Origin: Octopus vulgaris
Lineage: Eukaryota
Direction of reading: 5' to 3'
Assembly (NCBI GenBank): GCA_951406725.2
Contig: OX597816.1
Span: 166,470,001 to 166,534,000 of the forward strand
Length of the DNA stretch: 64,000 nt
A program made the position numbers and the translations under genes. Below are positions 37,484-51,022 of this stretch, piece by piece (within the stretch, counting starts at the first letter, position 1; the number at the start of each line of letters is the position of its first letter). The notes beneath the pieces were generated by a model that was given only the letters and a program-made list of their open reading frames with translations, made no database searches and was not told the origin of the DNA.

Positions 37484-38503
37484 TTTCTTTATTGCCCATA
37501 AGGGGCTAAACATAGAGGGACAAACAAGGACAGACATAGGTATTAAGTCGATTACATCAACCCCAGTGCATAACTGGTACTTATTTAATCGACCCCGAAA
37601 GGATAAAAGGCAAAGTCGACCTCGGAGGAATTTGAACTCAGAACGTAGCGGCAGACAAAATACCACTAAGCATTCTGCCCGGCATGCTAACAATTCAGCC
37701 AGCTCGAAACATTAATAAAAACATAAATGTATACTCATGTTCTGAGTTCTATTTTATCTGTTTGCATATACTAAAACCTGTTCTTTGCTCCTATTTTTGA
37801 TGAGCTCCGTCAACAAACTTGAATGCCAACATGGGAAATTATCTTGTACTGTATTCAGTGGAGAGAGAGAGTGTGTGTGTGTACACAACTGTGGGCTATG
37901 TTGAGGAACAGGCGTGACTTTGTGGTTAATAAGTTTACCCCGCTGACCACTTTGTTTCAATTTCAGTCACACTGCATGACACCTTGAGCAAATGGTCTTC
38001 TACCATAGTCCTGGATTCGACCAAAACTTTTTAAGTGAATTTAATAGATGGAAAATATGTGGAAGCCCATCATATAGGTGGAAGGATGTTTGTTAGTTTA
38101 TTGTTGACATTGCTTGATAGTTGTAAATGACAGTCATACAAACAGTATCATTTATTTAGAATATCCTATGTTAACATGTGTGGCCAAGGGGAAATATTAC
38201 CTTGCTGAGAAACAGGTGAGGGTTAGCAACAGGAAAGGCATTTGGTCACATAAAATCTATCTCAATAAACTCTGGCTTTAAAATGATGATGATATGCTGA
38301 TGATGACGATGTGTGTAAAAAGCACAGGTGCTGGTGCCACATAAAAAGCACCCAGTACACCCTGTAAAGGGATTGGCATTACAAAGGGCATCAAGCTGTA
38401 GAAACCATGCTAAAACTGATGACTGTAGCCTGGTGCAGCTCCTGACCTTACCAGCTCTCATCAAACCATCCAACTCATGCCAGCATGGAAAACAGACGTT
38501 AAA

Positions 38504-38546
<43 letters not shown>

Positions 38547-39065
38547 AATAGTTAGGGAATGTAATAATTCCAAGCCAACAGGGAAAAAAATTTCAATTTA
38601 GCACACTAAATCAAAAATCACAATATATTATACACATATGTATATATATATATATATAATTTAGGGACAAACTGCTATTTCGTTACTCCATCAATAGTGA
38701 AAAGATATTATCTATAGTAACCCCCTAGAAATTAATTAAATATCTTATAATTATTCTTACATGCCGGTGGCATGTAAGAAGCACCATCTGAACCTGGTAA
38801 ATAAAGATAAAGGAAAGGGGAAATAGCAAGAACTTATCTTCAGAGGGATCACATTCTTTTACTTGTTTCAGTCATTTGACGGCAGCCATGCTGGAACACT
38901 GCCTTTAGTCAAACAAATTGACCCCAGGACTTATTCTTTGTAAGCCTAGTACTTATTCTGTTGGTCTCTTTTGCTGAACCACTAAGTTACGGGAATGTAA
39001 ACACACCAACATTGGTTGTCAAGCAATGGTGGGGGAACAAACACAGATACATACAAACACATTAT

Positions 39066-39497
39066 GTGCCGTTGGCACGTAAAAGCACCATCCGTTTGTG
39101 TCCGTTGCCAGCCTCACCTGGCCCCCGTGCTGGTACCACGTAAAGGCACCATCCGCTCGTGTCTGTTGCCAGCCTCGCCTGGCCCCCGTGCTGGTAGCAC
39201 GTAAAAGCACCATCCATTCGTGTCCGTTGCCAGCCTCGCCTGGCCTCCGTGCTGGTGGCACGAAAAAACACCATCCGTTCGTGGCCGTTTGCCAGCTCTG
39301 TCTGGCACCTGTGCAGGTGGCACGTAAAAAGCACCCACTACACTCAAGGAGTGGTTGGCGTTAGGAAGGGCATCCAGCCGTAGAAACACTGCCAAATCTG
39401 ACTGGGCCTGATGAAGCCTTCCGGCTTCACAGACCCCAGTTAAACCGTCCAACCCATGCTAGCATGGAAAACGGACGCTAAATGATGATGATGATGA
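39066..39497 (+). mobile_element. Family B SINE inserted into a family A SINE
   Basis: ~56-bp internal tandem units and (GAT)n tail; family A halves lie on both sides. Confidence 0.85.
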
Positions 39498-40117
39498 TAT
39501 ATACACCATGGGCTTCTTTCAGTTTCTGTCTACCAAATCCACTCACAAGGCCTTGGTCAGCCCAAGGCTGTAGTAGAAGACACTTGCCCAAGGTGCCATG
39601 TGGTTGGGAAGCAAGCTTCTTACCACACAGCCGCTCCTATGCCTATAGATGTTTCTGAATTTCTGTCTGATGAGGAAGAGTATTTTGATGGCAAAAGTGA
39701 TGAAGATCTTCAAGACTCCATTCAAAATATTTACAGCAACGTGGACAGATAATACAATAGCCATATAAATTTCTGATATTGAAAATACATAATAGCCATA
39801 TAAATTTCTGATATTGAAAGTATACTTACTGACCAAATCTTTAAATTTCAAGTCTGCACTTGAATTAAGAAAGCTGCAAACAAATATTGCCCTCATGGGC
39901 TTGGTTTAATTCATAATAATGTGAATAAATAAGTATAACTTTTGACAGAGTAATTTCAATGCCAGAATCTAAGTGATATATTTTTGCTTTTCCTAATTCA
40001 TATTTGTGTGTCTTATGATGATGATGATAAAAATAATGAAGATAATAATAGTAATAATAATGATAATAATAATACTGTGGTGTTTAGTGAGTCCCTAATT
40101 TGTCCTATCCTTGACAG

Positions 40118-40166
40118 GCAGCTAAACATGATGTAATTGTTGGGACATACCAACATTGAACCAATG
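40118..40166 (+). other. Candidate 49-nt cassette exon with in-frame stop, in the last intron
   Basis: Branch-like CTAAT at 40095-40099, TTGTCCTATCCTTGACAG acceptor, ATG|GTGAGT donor. In phase 0 it reads AAKHDVIVGTYQH*. Confidence 0.45.
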
Positions 40167-40379
40167 GTGAGTGAGACACGGAATATATTGTATTCTGCTT
40201 AATTTGTCTTCAGAAAACAAACAAATCTAAATCATACAGACTCAAAGACTGCTTGCAATATTATACACGTCTCGTTTCTTTCTTTAGCTTAATTCTTTGT
40301 TTTATACAGCTGTGTTATTTTCAGTGTTTTCTTCGAAAAAAGATTTCATTTTCTTTTCACTGATTCTACATGTTTATGT

Positions 40380-40446
40380 TATATATATGGTATGTGTGTA
40401 TGTAGGTGTGTATATATGTATGTATATATATATATGTGTGTGTGTG

Positions 40447-40497
<51 letters not shown>

Positions 40498-40680
40498 GTG
40501 GATCTGTATGTATCTGTATATGTATATATATATGTATGTATATATGTGTATGTATATATGTATGTGTATATATATGTATACATATGTGTATATATATTAT
40601 ATATATGTATATATATATATGTATATATATGTGTGTGTGTGTGTGTATATATATATTTATATATATATATATATATATGT
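40380..40680. repeat. ~300-bp compound (TA)/(TG) microsatellite
   Basis: Read directly. Shorter (TA)n tracts at ~8137, 8975, 9270, 36506, 36992, 38508, 44066, 45124, 47457, 50805, 50976, 53951. Confidence 0.95.
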
Positions 40681-40769
40681 AGTTATTTCTTCTATTGTGT
40701 GTGTCTAGATATGTAATATGCATCCATATTTGGGTATATATAACCTTGAAGATTTGTTGCTCGTGCCTT

Positions 40770-40975
40770 TAGAACTGGTCTTTCAATCTTTTTCATATCA
40801 AGGCCAGATTCAGAATGTGGATTTCCGATGGCGATGGTGAGGGGTGCAGTTTAGGGGCACCAAAAAAAAAAAAAAACTAAAACACAAGTCAATAAAAAAT
40901 TTCATATTTACAGAGGGGCTCTGTCGAGGATCACAGGCAACCCTGGGAGCTGCTGTTGAGAACTGTTGCTCTAGA
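40770..40975. mobile_element. hAT-Charlie-like MITE remnant
   Basis: Ends GTTGAGAACTGTTGCTCTAGA, resembling a CAGTGGTTCTCAAC-type TIR at a TCTAGA site. Similar remnant at ~27198-27378. Confidence 0.4.
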
Positions 40976-43900
40976 AGGATTGGTTTTTTTTTTAAACGCT
41001 TTCTAAATGCAGTTAAAAAGTTCACTTTTTTCCCCCTCATGTCTTCTCTCTCAGATGTGACAGTCAGTTCCCTCTTCATTTACAGTGTACAAAGCACACC
41101 TGTTTCTCTCCTATGATTGGTGAAGGAGCAGAGGAAAAGTATATTGAGATGTCCCCTACTCCTCTCTCACCAAAAGTTTGAAAACCTCCCTTGAGCTGAT
41201 GCTATGGAAAATAAGACCCAGTACACATTGTGAAGTGAATGACAAACAAGTTAAGAATGCGTAGGGTTGTGAAGACACTTTCGTTCTGTCTTGCTGAGGA
41301 CTTGACAAGTTCATGATCCCCTTCAGGTCTTCTGTGACCGGTGAGATGAAGGGAGTTATTCTCAGATTACAGACCTGTCTCGAATGCTTGCAATAAAGTG
41401 GACCCTGCTAAAGACCACCTAAAGACCAGATAGTGGTGTTAAACTAAGAGACATATTAAGTCTACTTCTCAATGATCAGAAGTTATATCTATGGGCCTTA
41501 CTATATTCATCTTCAGGGTCTTGGGAGAGCCTATACAGATCAGAGGAGGGTCTGTAAATGTCTTGGGCTCTATCCCTGTACCTTTGACTATTTTAGAAAC
41601 TGTGTTAGATCTTCAGTACCTCATTTCCCATTAAATTCAATCCTCATGAACCAAAAGTTCTCAGATGATGAACCAAAGACTAAACCTCTATGTAGTCACT
41701 AAACTTACTAGAAATAGCTGCCAAGTCTCTCTCAACTCACATCCTGTTGTTTTTTAATAAGGCAAAGTCATCTTAATCTAATCCTATATACTTTTTAAAA
41801 ATATATGATGGTTGTAACAGATATTTTTGATCATGGGGTCATGCCCTAAATGATAGATTTCCTCCTTTGCCTCACAAGGCATCAGTTTATTTCACTTTTG
41901 AACTGAGTGCACTCAGTAATTTCCAACACAGACCACCACTACTGACATTACTTTGTCAGAAGGGTTAGATCAGCATCCATGACCATTTTTAGGGTCTCTG
42001 GAAGTGATGGAAGAACAAAGGGTAGTTATCCTTGGACTAGAGACATGACACGAATGTTTACAGCTGGGGACCCTGCTAAAGGTAGCCTTCAAAACCATGT
42101 GGAGGTATTAAACCAGGTGATGGATTAAGTCTTCCACCCAAATGAATAGAAATGATTCCTGCCACAGATGGATCCTTTTGCTTAGAAATACACATTAGTA
42201 TGACCCAGTCACTCTGAACCTTTCAATTATTTACTCATCATCATCATCATCATTTAATGTCCATTTTCCATACTAGTATGTGTTGGATAGTTTGACAGAG
42301 GCTGGTCAACCAGAGGGCTGCACCACACTCCAATTGTCTGCTTTGGCATGGTTTCTATGGTTGGATGTCCTTCCTAACCCCAACCACTCATCATTCTCAA
42401 TTCCAACTTAAAAAGATTTGATAAAAGTGTCCTGAATCACCCCTTCACTTCTATCATATTTTCTTTTCTCACTAATTGTCACCTTAGTTTTAGGGAACTT
42501 AGATTTACTAGAAATCTCCTCTCCTACGTTACACCAACAAAGGTTTTTGATCATGAAGAGAACTTCCGAGCTGAGTGCTTGGATCAGAACCTTCCCTCCA
42601 TCCTTTGAGGCCCTGAGAATATTTAAGTCTTAATGACTTGTTGACTGTTTACTAGGTACATTTTGGTACTTACATATCTAAAGTGATGTTGCTATGTTAT
42701 GCATTAATATATTAGACCACGTATCCCCACCAAAATGGCATCCATCTAAATATTGAAAAGATTTTCACAAAGACAACTTCTGGTTCATGGGAATACTGGA
42801 TCTTCTCTTTGGTTCATCTATTATAATAGTTTGAACTTGTAACTTCCATATCAATTTCTTTGTAACAATTTCAAGCACACTTGAGGCACAGCTCTCTCTC
42901 CTTTCTTCATAATCTCTATTGCATGAAATGCTTTACCCAATACTTCTTCATTAGAATTGCATCCCTCTGAAACATATTACTTGCCTACATTTTCCCTTAA
43001 AGATCTTGATCTGAAAAAATCATTCAACATTCATGTTCCATACTGGCATAAGTTGCATGGTTTGACTGGATCCAATGTTTTCAAGGACTGCATTGTCCCC
43101 CAGTGTCTACTTTGGCAAGTTTCTGCAGTTGGATGCCCTTCCTAACACCAATCACTTCACAGCATGTATAGAGAGTTTTTTCTTTCATGGTACCAGCACA
43201 AGTGAGGTCACCATGCAGCCTGCAAAACTAAGGTCCCTTTTTGACTGAGTGGGGCTGCAGTATAGCGGGAGCCAGCTTCTCTGATGATGTTACCAATCGA
43301 GACAGGTCTGTAAGGTCATAAGCAGACTCTTCTCTATTCATTGACTTAGCAATTAAATAAAACCTGGTGCAAAGTTAAATGGTAGTTCCATTTAATCCCT
43401 TCATACCCACAACTGGGGTGTTAAACTACACACTCATTGTAATCCTCATCATTCTATGTCCACCATCTCGCATGGGTTGGACTGTTCAACAGGACCCAAT
43501 ACAATGGATGACAGTCTCATGCTCCGGTGTTTCACTTTTGGCATGATTTGTATGGCTGGAATCTTTTCCTAATACAATCCATCTGCCAAAGCATACTAAT
43601 TATTTTTTTCATGGCACCAGCACTAGTGAGGTATGTTTGTACCTGGCAAAACCAAAGAACTGCTATACTGAAGGAAGAAATGAAAGAGGATGTTTTTATG
43701 TAAGGTGATGAAAATATCTCTTATCATTATGAAATCCTTTTTATTTCATTCTCATCTGTATTTATCCATTGTCTTCATATCTAATTCCATCTCTATGATA
43801 TATTATTTAATTTATTCTTCCTGCATGCTTGCATGTATATATTACATACATATAATTTTTGTGCATGTCTACATCTAAAGACTATACATATAACATAACA

Positions 43901-44046
43901 TTATGCATATGCTTGCATGTATATGTGGCTAACCTCTTCTGTATGATTGCATGTGTATTATATAATTTGTCTATACGTATATACATGTATAGCATGGAAG
44001 GCAGACGTTAAACGATGATGCTGATATATATATATGTGTGTATGTA

Positions 44047-44109
<63 letters not shown>

Positions 44110-44856
44110 CTTCTTGCACATGCCTGTATGTATATATATATATGTATGCATATGTGTGTGTATGTATATATGCACACACAAATGTAACGTCTTCCTTTCT
44201 TTTTCTCTTTCTCTTTCCATTCTTGGCTTGTTACTAACATTGAAAATTAGTAATGCAGATATACAAAAAGTAAGTCTCGTCATTTCTCTATGTCTACCAA
44301 ATGAAATTGAATCAATAGAGGTTATTCTTCTGGGTGATCACTACAAGGTGGCTTTCTTAAAAGGTTCTTTTCAAATTTCTTTTCTTTCGAAACAAAGAAA
44401 ACAGTGGGCAAATGGTAATTTTAATATTTGGTAAACTATTGCTTATTCGCATTTTATTTTCAACAAATCTAAACTTTTCAGGATTTACACAAAGAAATAC
44501 CATCAACACAGCATCAGCCATTTTGGTAGTATTTTTTCTGGCTCATAACATTCTAAGTTCAAAATTCCACCACGGTTGTCTTTTTGGGGTCATTAAAATA
44601 GAGGACCAATCAGCTATCCCCCTACTTCTAAAATTATTGGCCTTGTACCAAAACTTGGGACCCTTATTATTATACTCTTTTATCTGTTTCAGTCATTTGA
44701 CTATGGCCATGCTGGAGCACTGCCTTTAGTTGAAAAAATCAACCTTAAACCTAGTACATATTCTATTGGTCTCTTTTGTAAGCCTAGTGCTTATTCTATT
44801 GGTCTCTTTTGCCAAACTGCTGAGTTACGGGTACGTAAACACACCAGCTTTGGTTG

Positions 44857-45085
44857 TTAACCCTTTAGTGTTTAAACCGGCCATATCAGGCCCAGATATT
44901 CCACATGTTTTATATTCAAACTGGCAATATCTAGTCTCTCACACCTATCCTACAATGTCATTCTATAAATAAACAATCACATCATTAAAACCTCAAAGCT
45001 GTAAGATAATGCATGATTAATTCAAAACAATTTTGAGTGAAAAAGTATTACATTTAACAGAGTAATCTGAACACTAAAGGGTTAA
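44857..45085. mobile_element. piggyBac-type MITE, second family, inserted in a SINE
   Basis: TTAACCCTTTAG...CTAAAGGGTTAA interrupts SINE sequence GGTTG-TTAA-GCAATGG. Confidence 0.85.
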
Positions 45086-45120
45086 GCAATGGTGTGTGGG
45101 GAACAAACACAGACACTCAA

Positions 45121-45161
<41 letters not shown>

Positions 45162-45164
<3 letters not shown>

Positions 45165-45300
45165 AAGAGAGAGACTCAGGAAGACATGGGATGAGGTGGT
45201 GAAACATGACCTTCGAACAATGGGCCTCACTGAGACAATGACAAGAGACCAAAACCTCTGGAGATATGCTGTGATTGAGAAGACCCGACAAGTAAAGTGA
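45162..45300 (+). mobile_element. RTE-type LINE extreme 3' end
   Basis: RKTWDEVVKHDLRTMGLTETMTRDQNLWR. Confidence 0.65.
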
Positions 45301-47459
45301 GGTCGACTTTGTCTTTCATCCTTTCAGGGTCGATGAAATAAGTACCAGTTACGCACTAGGGTTGATGTAATTGACTTGATCCCCTCACCCAAGCTACCTT
45401 TATGGCAGAAATTTGAAATCATTATTTTTTTTTTTTAACTATTATTATATAAGACGGCAAGCTGGCAGAATTGTTAGCACAGGACAAAATGCTTAGTGGC
45501 ATTTTGCCCATTGCTACATCATTAGTTCAAATTCCACTGAGGTCAACTTTGTCTTTCATCCTTTCAGGGTCAATAAATTAAGTACCAGTTGCATACTGGG
45601 GTCGATGTAATCAACTAGTCCCCTTCCCTACAAATTTCAGGCCTTATGCCTTTAGTAGAAAATTATTATTATTATTATTATTATCATTAAAAAAATGTGA
45701 TGAGATCATTTAAAATGAAATTTCTTATGGTAAAAATGTTTACAGTGAAATTTCTTGTAACCATTTGCTGTTCCCGAAAATGTTGTCTTTTCATCATCAT
45801 CATCCAGTGTTTTAAATCCAGGATTTGTCCCCATTAATGGGCATGGCCGGATCTACTTCAATGCCATAGCAACAGAGGTAGGCAGTTGCAGCCCACCCTA
45901 ACCTTTGGGCCGGCTGGCTGGTTTGTGCCCATTCTCCTTTACTATCATGAGGCTTTTTTGGAGCTGGATTTTCTATGGGGAGCATACCCTTGCTTATCCC
46001 CAACCTCAGTTTCTAGACATGAGTGGTCCCAAGACCAAAACCTCTACAACGATTTTTAAGAAATGTGGTGGAAAACTAGCTCAGGAAGGCAGGGACGCTA
46101 CTCCCTGGGCCCGCTTTTGGAGCCCCCTACCTCTTTTGCAGTGTTATAATGTTGGGACAGATTCCAGTTGTGTCATGGTTTTTCTGAAGGTTTTTTCATT
46201 ACAATTGGTACCATTCTTGCTTTCATATTCCACATTCTCTCAGCATCTATTCTCATATCTGCATATTTTACAGTTTTCTCATTTTTTTTTTTTATCATTC
46301 AGCTAAAACTTTCTTTAAGGTGGTACCCCAGCATGGCCACAATCAGATTGAAACAAGTTAAAGATAAAAAGATATAGAAATGTGTGTGTGTGTGTGTGTG
46401 TGTGCATGTTTTGCCAATAGAAAGGACATCTAGTTGATAAAACCAAGTCAAAATAACCTGTACAAGGGCCAGTCTATGAAAGCTGTAACTCCCAGTAAGA
46501 AAGGATCTAGATCATGGCAGTCATCCAACATGGGGACCAGACATAAAATGATGATGATGTAGGTTTTTGTACAGTTTCCATCAACCAAATTCACTAGTAA
46601 GGCATTTGTTGTCCTGGGGCTATAATAATGACACAGTGAAATGAACTCTTGACCACACTGCCACACCCACAGTAACTTTTTTCTCTCCCAAATCCTTAAA
46701 AACAAGCAAAACAAAATCTCAAATACAATGACAATCTTTTTCTGCCAACCACAATAGTATCATATAAGAGAAATAAATTTGTTATATTCTTGATTGTGAG
46801 GGGGCGGTGGGGGTGGAAATTACTCAGAGGTACCTTCTGCATAAAAATAAAAAATACATAATTTAGTGACTGCTGGTAGTTAACCAAAGAAAAAGGTCCT
46901 AGTCAATTAAAAATACTTCCATAATGAGGTAAGAAAAAACAATTAGTTTAATTATTTAATTTTAATTAAATTTAAATTTCAGAGTTGTCTATTTCTTTCT
47001 TGGCCAGAACTAGTCATTAAGCTCATTAGGGTTTCTCTCTCTCTCTCTCCCTCTCTCTCCATTACTGACTGGTGTATTTTTTATTAATTAAAATTGATTG
47101 GGTCACTTTTTGCTAATGAAAATATATTTCAGTTGGTCAACCTTAATTTCTCTTTCTCTCCTCTCTCTCTCATTTTATTAATTTGTTTCAGATGGTTTGT
47201 TTATATTCATTGACATATATATATAAGAAGATAGACAAAGAACATTTTGTACCTACAACATCGTAGTTTGTAACTAAAATTTTCAAGGAGACACTGCCTG
47301 TCACTGATTTTTTTTGTTTTTTTATGGGGTCAGTTTTAATTTATAGACTAGTTTATCAAATTCCTTGTATATTTAAGGCTGAGAGAAACAGAGAGCAGTA
47401 TTTGTTTGGGGTAGGGTTGAGGGAGTAGACAGACAGACAGATACACACATACACGCATA

Positions 47460-47507
<48 letters not shown>

Positions 47508-47648
47508 TTGTATATATATATACCCTCTGTTTTCAATGGAACTACGAGTTCTAGTGATGCATTAAGCATAGCATAGTGTTTAGTTTAGCAATGTACAAAT
47601 TCTTCTTCCTTACTTTCTCTAAGAGATTATGTTTTTGTTTTTTGCCAT

Positions 47649-48027
47649 TTAACCCTTTTGATATGAACCTGTCTGAGACCACTCTTGGTTCTGTGGTATA
47701 AGCTTCTGGCCAAAATTCAAACTCCCATGAAAATTTCATGTTAATTTGTGTTCTAAAAATCAGCTTAATAACAATTCAGTTATTTTACTAAATTTTTCGT
47801 TATTTTAAAAATTAATTAAAACAAAGGTAATGGATTTCAACAGAAACATAGCAGCAAAAATGTTCAAGTGATTGAAATTAAAACCTCCCCTTAAAATTTC
47901 ATGTAAATTTATATTCCAAACATCAACTTAATTATGACAGTTATTTTACAAAATTTTTCATTATTATTAAAATTAATTGAAAGAAGAATAGTGTATTTCA
48001 ACAGAAATACTGTACCAAAAGAGTTAA
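47649..48027. mobile_element. piggyBac-type MITE with internal duplication
   Basis: TTAACCCTTTTG...CAAAAGAGTTAA; the internal TTATTTTAC..AAAATTAATT..TTTCAACAGAAA block occurs twice. Confidence 0.7.
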
Positions 48028-48209
48028 AAGCAGTGTTGAATGACAATAAAATAACTGAAATTTGGTTTGATAGTTGCTAGTAACTGAAGAAGAATTCTAG
48101 ACCTAAAAGTTTGCCACCAAAAGAAATCATCTGAAAAATGTTTATTTATCAAAGCTTTTTTTTAACTGCTTTCATTTGATTGTTTAAAAATCTACCTTTT
48201 CTGTGTAAG

Positions 48210-48851
48210 TCACATCTTGTTTAAAATCCATTTTATCTGATCTAAAATCCATTTTATCTTGTCTAAAATAAATTTCATCTTGTCTGAAATAAATTTCATC
48301 TTTTCTAAAATTTATTTATTTTTTTTTGTCTAAAAAAATATTTTATCTGATTTAAAATCTACCTTAGCTTGTTCTAAATGCCATCGTATCTTGTTTAAAA
48401 TCCATCATATCTTGTTTGAAATCAATCTCACATTCTCTTAAATCGACTTCATCTCATTTAAATTTCATGTTTGTTGAAAATCCATCTCATAGTCTCTTAA
48501 ATCCCTCTTAACCCTTTCGTTACCAACCTGACTGAAACCGGCTCTGGCTCTGAGTATAACTGTTTTGTTTTCATAAGTTTTGAATTAAAATCTTCCACCA
48601 AACCTTAGTCACAATTTATACTCCTAACACTAGCTTAATGGTAACTAAGTTATTTTACTAAATTCTTTGTTGTATTTAAAGTAATTGAAAGAAACACAGA
48701 GCATCTCAAAAGAAATACAGTAACGAAAGGGTTAAGATCCATCATATCTTGTTTGAAATCAATCTCACATTCTCTTAAATCAACTTCATTGCATTTAAAT
48801 TTCCTCTCTGTTGAAAATCCATCTGACAATCTGTTAAATCCGTCTTAAATC
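48210..48851. repeat. Degenerate ~20-bp minisatellite (TTGTTTAAAATCCATTTTATC-like) before the last exon
   Basis: Repeated units, interrupted by the MITE at 48508-48735. Confidence 0.75.
48508..48735. mobile_element. piggyBac-type MITE
   Basis: TTAACCCTTTCGTTAC...GTAACGAAAGGGTTAA. Confidence 0.9.
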
Positions 48852-48869
48852 TTGGTTTTATTTCGGCAG

Positions 48870-49043
48870 GTTTTGTATAAAGAAGTCAGTCAACTGAATG
48901 AATCTACAATGAAACGAATCCAGTCAGTGAGACTTCTACCCCCAGATTCTTTATGGATGGACCGTTATCATCATACTATTCAGTACGATAATCTCACTGT
49001 AAACTGCTGTCCACATTGTAAAGGAGACATTTTTGTGGTATAA
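48870..49043 (+). CDS. BLZF1: Golgin-45 last coding exon (VLYKE...YDNLTVNCCPHCKGDIFVV*)
   Basis: TTTCGGCAG acceptor, phase 0, TAA at 49041-49043. Matches the recalled human C-terminus YENITFNCCNHCRGELIAL. Follows a ~24.2-kb intron. Confidence 0.95.
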   Translation, partial: VLYKEVSQLNESTMKRIQSVRLLPPDSLWMDRYHHTIQYDNLTVNCCPHCKGDIFVV

Positions 49044-50800
49044 ATATTTACAGAGTTCCCCATAATTCCACTGTCATTATTTATCTGTTCCATTCTAACT
49101 GTTTTGCTCAACCTTTATCCATTAATCTTTGTATTATATTGTTCCAGATAAACCGTTTATAACATTGAATTCTCAAATTTAAATTATTCTAATCTAGATA
49201 AGGTGGTATAGGATTATATTTATGGAATTTACATGTAAATTCAAAGTCTTTGTTTCTCTGTAAGTTCTTCTCTTCACACAAGATTTAAAGATAACTGAAA
49301 TTTCCTTTTGGAACCTACAAGAATTCCCTCCTGTAAGCCCATTGTAGATTTTTTTTTTTTTTTTGTGGCATCAGTTCAGAATTGTTTTTGTTCTGATATT
49401 AATTAGCTGTAATTATCTATTTTCATTCCAATTTATGGAATCAATATTTTTTTTTCTTCCAAAATTCATTGAAAATTTATATTTTTGATCATGCTTTATC
49501 TCTTTGGAACCAAAAATGTTTAGAATTATTTCTTGGTTGAATGGTTTGGAAAGAGAGTTACATTTGTTTTTCTCTTTGTGTCAGTGTTTGTGTGTTTGGT
49601 CAATCATCATAATTGTTTCAACATCCACTTTTACATGCTTGCATGGCTTGGACAGAGTTTATTGCAGCAAGTTTTCTATGGCGGGATACCTTTCCTGTTG
49701 CTAACCCTCACCTGTTCCCAAGCAATATATTTCCCCATGGCCAGACATGTTTTTTTTCTTTTTCCAAAATATTGGAAACGAATGAGAGTGAGACGCATTT
49801 ACAACTTTCATGCAATTTGTGTGTGTGTGTTAGTGTTTCCTTGTTTCACTATTGTGGAACAGTTGTAAACAAACGTCACCACTATATAAATGGTGTCCCT
49901 CTTTTCCAATATTCTGTGAAAACATGCCCAGCCTTGGACAAATATTATCTCACTTCGAAACAGATAAGAGTTGGTGACAGGAAAAGCATTCAGCCATAGA
50001 AAATCTACCTCAGCAAATTCTGTCTAACCCAGGTGTGTGTGTAGTATACTCGCATTTTAGTAATGTCCCACTAATGCCAACATGGGAAGCTGACATTAAA
50101 TGATGATATGTATATATACCTCCGTATATGTACATACATCTATACATATATATATATAAGCATATGTGGGCACAGGATGTCAAGAAACGTGTACAACAAA
50201 AAAATACGAAGCACAAGTACATGGAACATGAACTATTCTTTCGAACAATGAAAGACAAATGGAAAACAAAACAAACAACATAAAGAATGACCCTTCATCA
50301 GTTGTTTGCTGTTTTTCTAGTCTCATGTTTCAAGCATTTAACAACAATATACACTTTCAATAAAACAGTTGCTCCCGCAAAGCAAATTAAATAAAATTTG
50401 GGATTTTGCAGAGGGTCAAAATAGGTAACACAAACAGGACAGTGAAAACAAACAGGAAGGGCTGCTAAGCCTAAACTAGGTTGTGGTGGTGAACACGTAA
50501 ATCAAGCTTGGACAGGAGACAAGCAAGAACACGTCTTCCTTGTTCCAGCAACAACGGAGAGAAAGAAAGAAACACAAGTTAGGAGAAGAAAGATGGCCGA
50601 TGGTCACGTGGGAGCCACATGAGCAATGGAGGAGGAGTGAGGGAGAGAGAGTGACAGAGTAATAGGAAAGAGTAGTGGGAGAAGAGGAGGTAAAAGAATA
50701 AGAGAAAGAAAGAGAGAAAAATGAAAGAGTAAAAAGATTGTATAGAGTGAGCATCAGAATTAAGATAAAACTTACATGCCACGCATCCTCTTCTGAGTAA

Positions 50801-50840
<40 letters not shown>

Positions 50841-50973
50841 TAAGGATAAAATCACTTTAATGATTTTATCAAGTGGCCAGTTTGAAATAAAAACTTTATA
50901 GATAAAATTTTATACTAATTTTTAATTATATAGATATTTATTGTTAATCCTTTAATATAATTATAAATTAGTG

Positions 50974-51022
<49 letters not shown>

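Noticed and set aside
38670-38732. GTTACT/AGTAAC stem followed by GAAA on the minus strand
   Set aside because: The upstream core reads CTAGGGG, too far from CTGANGA, and there is no clear stem I.
39406-39435. CTGATGA-AGCC(TTCC)GGCT in a family B SINE
   Set aside because: No GAAA follows, and most family copies read CTGGTGCAGCC here, so it is a chance match.
40297-40723. Long ORFs rich in Y/I/C/V or H/T
   Set aside because: They are translations of TA/TG microsatellites.
47192-47266. Alternative terminal exon after a TTGTTTCAG acceptor
   Set aside because: The peptide has no golgin similarity, and such acceptors are common in AT-rich introns.
50290-50335. Minus-strand GAAAC and CTGATGA as a hammerhead
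   Set aside because: I could not build convincing stems I-III in any topology.
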